DNA of 64,000 nt from positions 46,201-110,200 of the forward strand of contig CACYZY010000008.1 of the NCBI GenBank assembly GCA_902779085.1, written 5' to 3'. Positions 58,815-64,000 of this stretch are shown piece after piece (position 1 is the first letter of the stretch; each line of letters starts with the position of its first letter). The notes under the pieces were generated by a model. It saw only the letters and a program-made list of their open reading frames with translations. It did no database searches and was not told the origin of the DNA. Source of the DNA: an uncultured Bacteroidales bacterium (GTDB lineage Bacteria > Bacteroidota > Bacteroidia > Bacteroidales > Bacteroidaceae). Both the position numbers and the translations under genes were made by a program.

Positions 58815-60338
58815 ATGGTTATTAAAGTTTTATTGACGATTATTTTTCTGGTAGTAATGATAGGTGTGGGTGTTTATACCCGCAAACAGGCCAGTAGTGT
58901 GGAAGGTTTCGTGTTGGGCGGTCGTGCAGTTGGCCCTTGGTTGACGGCTTTCGCTTTTGGAACAAGTTATTTCTCTGCTGTAGTTTTTGTTGGCTATGCA
59001 GGTCAGTTCGGATGGAAATATGGACTGTCTTCGGCATGGATAGGTATAGGCAACGCCGTGATTGGCTCGTTGCTGGCATGGCTCTTATTAGGACGCCGCA
59101 CTAAGTTGATGACACAACATATTGAGAGTCGCACAATGCCTGATTTCTTCGGCACTCGCTTTGCCGATCAGGGCTTGCGTGTTGCAGCATCCATCATTGC
59201 CTTCGTATTCCTTATCCCATATACGGCAGGTGTTTATAAAGGTATCTCTACATTGTTTGAGATGGGATTTGGTATTCCGTACGAGTATTGCGTTATTATC
59301 ATGGCCATCCTAACAGCAGTTTATGTGATTCTGGGTGGTTATAAAGCTACAGCGATGAACGATTTCATACAGGGCATCATTATGCTCTTTGGCATCGTGG
59401 CGGTAATTGTGGCTGTAATAGCTGCTCAAGGGGGACTTTCCGAGGCTGTTGCTAAATTATCAGTGCTACCGGCTGATGGTAGTACTGAACCAGGTACTGG
59501 AGGCTTTACTTCACTGTTTGGTCCTGATCCTTTGGGACTTTTAGGTGTGGTGGTGCTTACTTCATTGGGTACCATGGGATTGCCCCAGATGGTAGGTAAA
59601 TTCTACTCCATCACAGATGAGAGCGCTATCAAACGTGGTACCGTCATTTCAACAATCTTCGCATTTATTGTGGCAGGTGGCTGTTATTTCTTAGGCGGTT
59701 TCGGCCGTCTCTACGAACCTGTGATAGCAAATGGCAAGATTGCCTTTGACTCTATTGTACCCGCCATGCTTGTTACATTACCTGATGTATTGATTGCTCT
59801 AGTAGTACTCTTGGTACTTTCAGCTTCCATGTCTACACTCGCTTCGTTAGTACTTACCTCATCAAGTACGATGACGCTCGACCTTATTTATCGTGACAAA
59901 AAGTCGCTGCCTGGTGAGGTTGAAGAAGGTACGATTGATGATATCGTTTCAGAGAAGATTGAACGTCGTAAAGTAGTGGTGATGCGTGTGTTGATCATGT
60001 TCTTTATTGCAATTTCACTGCTCATAGCCCTTAATCCACCTACATTTATTGCTCAGTTGATGGGAATCTCTTGGGGTGCTTTGGCTGGTGCCTTTTTAGC
60101 TCCTTTTATGTTGGGCCTATACTCACGTAACGTAACAACTGCTTCTGTATGGGCTTGCTTCATTTGGGGCGTCGGCCTTACAGTGGTGAATATGCTGATG
60201 GGTAATCCTATCAACCCAATCAATTGCGGTGCAATTGCTATGGTTGGTGGCTTCCCTGTGGTATGGATTGTTAGCCTCTTTACTAAAAAGTTGCCCAAGA
60301 ACATGGTAGATAGTATCTTCGATTGTTATAAGAAGTAG
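58815..60338 (+). CDS. Sodium:solute symporter family protein
   Basis: FVLGGR, TSYFSA, TMPDFFGTRF, GGYKA, SASMSTLASL; about 13 TM helices. Confidence 0.9.
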   Translation: MVIKVLLTIIFLVVMIGVGVYTRKQASSVEGFVLGGRAVGPWLTAFAFGTSYFSAVVFVGYAGQFGWKYGLSSAWIGIGNAVIGSLLAWLLLGRRTKLMTQHIESRTMPDFFGTRFADQGLRVAASIIAFVFLIPYTAGVYKGISTLFEMGFGIPYEYCVIIMAILTAVYVILGGYKATAMNDFIQGIIMLFGIVAVIVAVIAAQGGLSEAVAKLSVLPADGSTEPGTGGFTSLFGPDPLGLLGVVVLTSLGTMGLPQMVGKFYSITDESAIKRGTVISTIFAFIVAGGCYFLGGFGRLYEPVIANGKIAFDSIVPAMLVTLPDVLIALVVLLVLSASMSTLASLVLTSSSTMTLDLIYRDKKSLPGEVEEGTIDDIVSEKIERRKVVVMRVLIMFFIAISLLIALNPPTFIAQLMGISWGALAGAFLAPFMLGLYSRNVTTASVWACFIWGVGLTVVNMLMGNPINPINCGAIAMVGGFPVVWIVSLFTKKLPKNMVDSIFDCYKK

Positions 60339-60419
60339 TTAGTTACTTTTGTTGCTTTAAAGTAATACATCTTTCCTTTTGTTTCTTATATTTGCAAAAA
60401 ATAGTAAATAAATGGGTGT

Positions 60420-61280
60420 ATGATAGAACTGAAGAATCAACAACTGACGATTTGCATCGCTGAGAAGGGAGCTGAGCTCCAAAGTATTAAGGATAGTGAT
60501 GGTAGAGAGTATATGTGGCAAGCAGGTCCTGAGTGGCCTCGTCATTCACCTATCCTTTTCCCTATTGTTTGTAGTGTGAACAACAATACCTATGTGGTAG
60601 ATGGTAAAGAATATCATCTACCACGTCATGGTTTTGCACGAGATGCTGAGTTTCGCGTTATGAGTCATTGTAGTACAGACAAAAGGGTGTCGCTATTATT
60701 ACGTGATTCTGAAGAGACACATGAGGTATATCCATTTGGATTCGAACTCATAGTTACCTATGAATTGGTAGGTAACAGGATAGTTATTACTTGGCGTGTG
60801 AATAATATAGATGAGCAAGAGATACATTTCCAGATTGGAGGTCACCCTGCTTTCAATATGCCTGGTGGCAAATTGAAAGGTAGAATAGAATTAGACGAAG
60901 AAGGACCGATAACTACTTTGAAGACTTATCCTGACGGCACTATCGAGATGGTGGAGGTGCCTTTGGATGCATATAAAGGTGTTATGAATATCGATGAAGA
61001 ATTCTTCCATAACGATTCTGTAAAAATTCACAATTGTCAGACGAGTCGTGCCATCCTACTAGATACTAATGGTGAACCATCTGTTACTGTGGATTACTGT
61101 ACGCCTGTCTGTGCTTTTTGGAGTCCATATGGTAAGCAGGCTCCTTTTGTTTGCATTGAACCATGGTATGGCATTGGTGACCCTATCGGTTTCAAAGGTG
61201 AGTTTAAGAACAAACCATTGATGAATCACCTTCTGCCTGGTGCCTCTTTTGAAGGCGGTTATTCAATTTCCATTAGATAA
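60420..61280 (+). CDS. Aldose 1-epimerase family (LacX-like)
   Basis: GAELQS, HSPILFP, HGFARD, GGHPAF, FVCIEPW. Confidence 0.88.
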   Translation: MIELKNQQLTICIAEKGAELQSIKDSDGREYMWQAGPEWPRHSPILFPIVCSVNNNTYVVDGKEYHLPRHGFARDAEFRVMSHCSTDKRVSLLLRDSEETHEVYPFGFELIVTYELVGNRIVITWRVNNIDEQEIHFQIGGHPAFNMPGGKLKGRIELDEEGPITTLKTYPDGTIEMVEVPLDAYKGVMNIDEEFFHNDSVKIHNCQTSRAILLDTNGEPSVTVDYCTPVCAFWSPYGKQAPFVCIEPWYGIGDPIGFKGEFKNKPLMNHLLPGASFEGGYSISIR

Positions 61281-61291
61281 AACTATTGAGT

Positions 61292-61588
61292 ATGAAATTT
61301 GTTATTAGGGCTATTGACGGAGAAGGAAAGCTGGAGAAGCGAATGGAGGTGCGCCCTTTTCACTTCGAAGGTATGGATAGGATGAAGGAACATCTTGTTT
61401 GTGCTGGTGGTTTGTTGGATGATGCAGGAAACCTTAAAGGATCTTTGCTAGTAATGGATTTTCAGAACCGTCAGGAATTAGATGAGTATCTCGCTCATGA
61501 GATATACGTGGTAGAACACGTTTGGGAGCAGATTTCCATTGACCAAATGAATGTAGCCTATCTCGACGGGAAGAAGGTAACTCAGTAA
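61292..61588 (+). CDS. YciI family protein
   Basis: RMEVRPFH, GGLLDD...GSLLVMDF, Y...VW motifs. Confidence 0.82.
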   Translation: MKFVIRAIDGEGKLEKRMEVRPFHFEGMDRMKEHLVCAGGLLDDAGNLKGSLLVMDFQNRQELDEYLAHEIYVVEHVWEQISIDQMNVAYLDGKKVTQ

Positions 61589-61642
61589 ACGAGCAAGGTC
61601 AGTATCTAAATTGCCACTTTTTCTTAGTACGAGATAACTGAT

Positions 61643-61910
61643 TCTTTACTACGGGAGGAACGACGTTCTACTACGGGTAGAGCGCTTGTCCTCCCGTAGT
61701 AAGTAAATACCTATCTCTAACCGCAGTATTTCCTATAGGTAACGGCAGTATTGACTATGGGGTATAAGGAGTGCCTCCTATGGGTTGTCGCAGTATCTTC
61801 TACGGGTAGTCGGAAGGCTTCCTTTCTCCCATCTCAGTATCTCCTTTACCCCCATAGCAGATACTACGATGAGTGATAGCAGGTATTGCGGTGTCCCATA
61901 GCAAAGCTTC
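61643..61910. repeat. Degenerate 22-bp tandem/inverted repeat array (copy B)
   Basis: Cores at 61649/61671/61693, 61711/61733/61755/61778/61800/61822/61844, inverted at 61854/61876/61898; 45/53 identity to copy A across the centre. Confidence 0.85.
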
Positions 61911-62062
61911 GGTTTGAAGATAGTTTTGTATTTTTATCTAATGCCACTCCTTTATGGATATAAGACATAAAAATAATTAATAGATAAAACAATTAAGTAA
62001 AAAATTAGTACTTTTGAAACTCAAATTTAACAAGTATACTTTTTATATTGTCATATACAATT

Positions 62063-63001
62063 ATGGATCAAGAACTAAAACCAAAAAATGATCACTCAAA
62101 CGAGGCAATGAAAGCCGATATAATTTGCATTGGTCACATCACGCACGATCGCATTATCACACCTGACCGCGAAGTGCATATGCCAGGAGGAACATCATTC
62201 TACTTTTCTTATGGTTTACGCCACCTTCTGGGGGAGCGTGACGACATTAGTTATCGTCTTATTACCTCTTTGGCCGAAAAGGATATGAAGGCAGTGGATG
62301 ATATGCGCCGTGAAGGCATCGAGGTTGATGTCATCCCTAGTCGTGAGACAGTGTATTTCGAGAACATCTATGGTGCTAACCAGAATAATCGTCGACAGCG
62401 AGTTAGAGCTAAGGCCGACCCTTTCACATGTGAGAAACTGAGAAATGTCAATGCTCGATATATCGTGCTTGGAACCCTTTTAGCCGACGATTTCGATCTC
62501 TCCATCATTCGCTATCTATCAGGACGCGGCACATTAGTAGTGGATGTGCAGGGTTACTTGCGTGAGGTGCGTGGCGATAAGGTATTTGCATGTGAATGGA
62601 AAGACAAACTTGAAGCTCTTCGCTATGTTGATATCTTGAAGGTGAACGAATACGAAATAGAGGTGCTCACGGGAATCTCTGACCAACATCGCGCCTGCGA
62701 AATGTTGGCTCAGTGGGGAGCGCGCGAGGTGTTGCTTACACTTGGCAGTTATGGCTCAGTGGTCTATGTAGATGGTCAGTTCTTTGATATCCCTGCCTGC
62801 GAACCTATTCGATTAGTAGATGCCACTGGATGCGGTGATACGTACGTGATGGCCTATGTACTACGCCGTTGTTTGGGCGATACTCCAGAGCAGGCAGCAC
62901 GCCTTGCGTCGGCTGTAGCTAGTATTAAGCTGGAAGCCTCTGGACCTTTTTTAGGCACAATGGAAGACGCACTTCAGCGACTCAATAATTCACTTCATTA
63001 A
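62063..63001 (+). CDS. PfkB-family carbohydrate kinase
   Basis: MPGGT, DVQG, LKVNEYE, LTLGSYG, DATGCGD; start uncertain (62063 or 62108). Confidence 0.88.
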   Translation: MDQELKPKNDHSNEAMKADIICIGHITHDRIITPDREVHMPGGTSFYFSYGLRHLLGERDDISYRLITSLAEKDMKAVDDMRREGIEVDVIPSRETVYFENIYGANQNNRRQRVRAKADPFTCEKLRNVNARYIVLGTLLADDFDLSIIRYLSGRGTLVVDVQGYLREVRGDKVFACEWKDKLEALRYVDILKVNEYEIEVLTGISDQHRACEMLAQWGAREVLLTLGSYGSVVYVDGQFFDIPACEPIRLVDATGCGDTYVMAYVLRRCLGDTPEQAARLASAVASIKLEASGPFLGTMEDALQRLNNSLH

Positions 63002-63998
63002 CACTTTTGTCAATAATCTTGTGGCGGGCAAAGATGAAAACGACAACGTATCCAGCAAGAGGGATGAGGAAGGGGAGTACTAAAGAACCTGAATAATCAG
63101 CCAACAAAGCCATTAGCAAGAATCCACAACCCCCAACTGGAGTCATCATCAGCAGTGAAGATGCACTCTTTGTAAGAGAGCCCAAACCACGCAAGGAAAG
63201 AGAGAAAATGGTAGGAAACATGATGGCTTCGAAGAAATAGTTGGCAATGAGAAGGGCAAGTGATATTTTGTAATTGAAGATTGACAATTGACAATTTAGG
63301 AAAAGCAATGCGATGCTTAATACTGTGCCGTATGCACACCAGTATAAGACTCGTTCGGCAGGGACACGACGCATAATCCAACTGCCAACAAAACGACCAC
63401 CCATAAAAATGAACAATGACAATCCTAGGATGTAGGAGGCATTGGCCGCCGAAAGCCATCCCATACCAGTAGTGAAGTTCACAAAGTAGCTGTTAATGCT
63501 TATCTCACTTACTTCGTAGCTCAGTAAAGCAAAAAGTCCGAGAAGGAATGTGCGATTCTGGATGAGTTGGCGAAGGTTTGATAATCCGGAAGCGTTGTTA
63601 TTATCCATTTCAGATTGGCTGTTGATCGTTATAGATTCTTTCTCAATTTGTATCTCTGGTAATTCAGAACGTGAGAAGATGAGTGCTACCAACAGTACAA
63701 TAACGCCTATGACGATATAGGGAAACGAAACATTGGCTCCACTTCTGCTAAAGAGTAACCCACCAACCACAATGGGTGCAAGAGCCGATCCCAAACCATT
63801 AAACGATTGAGATAGATTGAGACGACTACTAGCTGTTTCACAAGGACCAAGTTCGGTGGCATATGGGTTGGCGGCTGTTTCTAAGAACACGAGACCACAG
63901 GCAATGATGAAGAGTGCTACTAGATAGGCAGAGAATGAATTTGTCAATGTACCTGGAACAAAAAGGAAGGCCCCAACGGCGTAAAGCAATAGTCCCAC
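62982..63998 (-). CDS. MFS sugar:H+ symporter (FucP-like), 5' end beyond the window
   Basis: LETAANPY, RLNLSQSFNGLG, GGRFVG, IMFPTIF motifs; frame open to the window edge. Confidence 0.88.
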   Translation of the reverse strand: MGLLLYAVGAFLFVPGTLTNSFSAYLVALFIIACGLVFLETAANPYATELGPCETASSRLNLSQSFNGLGSALAPIVVGGLLFSRSGANVSFPYIVIGVIVLLVALIFSRSELPEIQIEKESITINSQSEMDNNNASGLSNLRQLIQNRTFLLGLFALLSYEVSEISINSYFVNFTTGMGWLSAANASYILGLSLFIFMGGRFVGSWIMRRVPAERVLYWCAYGTVLSIALLFLNCQLSIFNYKISLALLIANYFFEAIMFPTIFSLSLRGLGSLTKSASSLLMMTPVGGCGFLLMALLADYSGSLVLPFLIPLAGYVVVFIFARHKIIDKSVNEVNY

Positions 63999-64000
63999 GA

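Noticed and set aside
61951-61971. TTTATG-N9-CATAAA as a Cur/Crp site upstream of the PfkB gene
   Set aside because: The spacing is one base longer than the TATGTTnTAnAACATA consensus as I recall it, the inner positions do not match, and the context is AT-rich.

Overview
This is a 64-kb core-chromosome segment of a Bacteroidales bacterium, probably Bacteroidaceae/Prevotellaceae. The assignment rests on recurrent TAnnTTTG (-7) promoter elements, the ftsK-lolA-trxB-Crp...glnA(III) and fprA-nagB gene orders, DUF5686/DUF5687-type proteins and a FeoA-FeoB fusion. It holds about 50 CDSs, mostly housekeeping or metabolic (nagB, purU, ftsK, trxB, GS-III, kdsA, miaA, groESL, etfBA-ACAD, folD, ffh, rho, tilS, feoB, queC, several peptidases, a GH92, transporters), plus tRNA-His(GTG) and tRNA-Cys(GCA). 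I saw no transposase, integrase, phage gene, defence system or CRISPR array. The most interesting signals are non-coding. (1) Two homologous intergenic arrays about 40.2 kb apart (21446-21780 and 61643-61910) are built from degenerate 22-bp units arranged palindromically, and differ by gain, loss and inversion of whole units. (2) A preQ1-I-like riboswitch candidate sits directly before a queuosine-precursor transporter-queC operon. (3) An apparent promoter-to-terminator ~175-nt transcription unit (sRNA or micropeptide candidate) lies next to tRNA-His. (4) Tandem ~70-bp palindromic elements carrying a -7 promoter motif lie in the groES leader. All product names come from recognising motifs by eye; no database searches were run.
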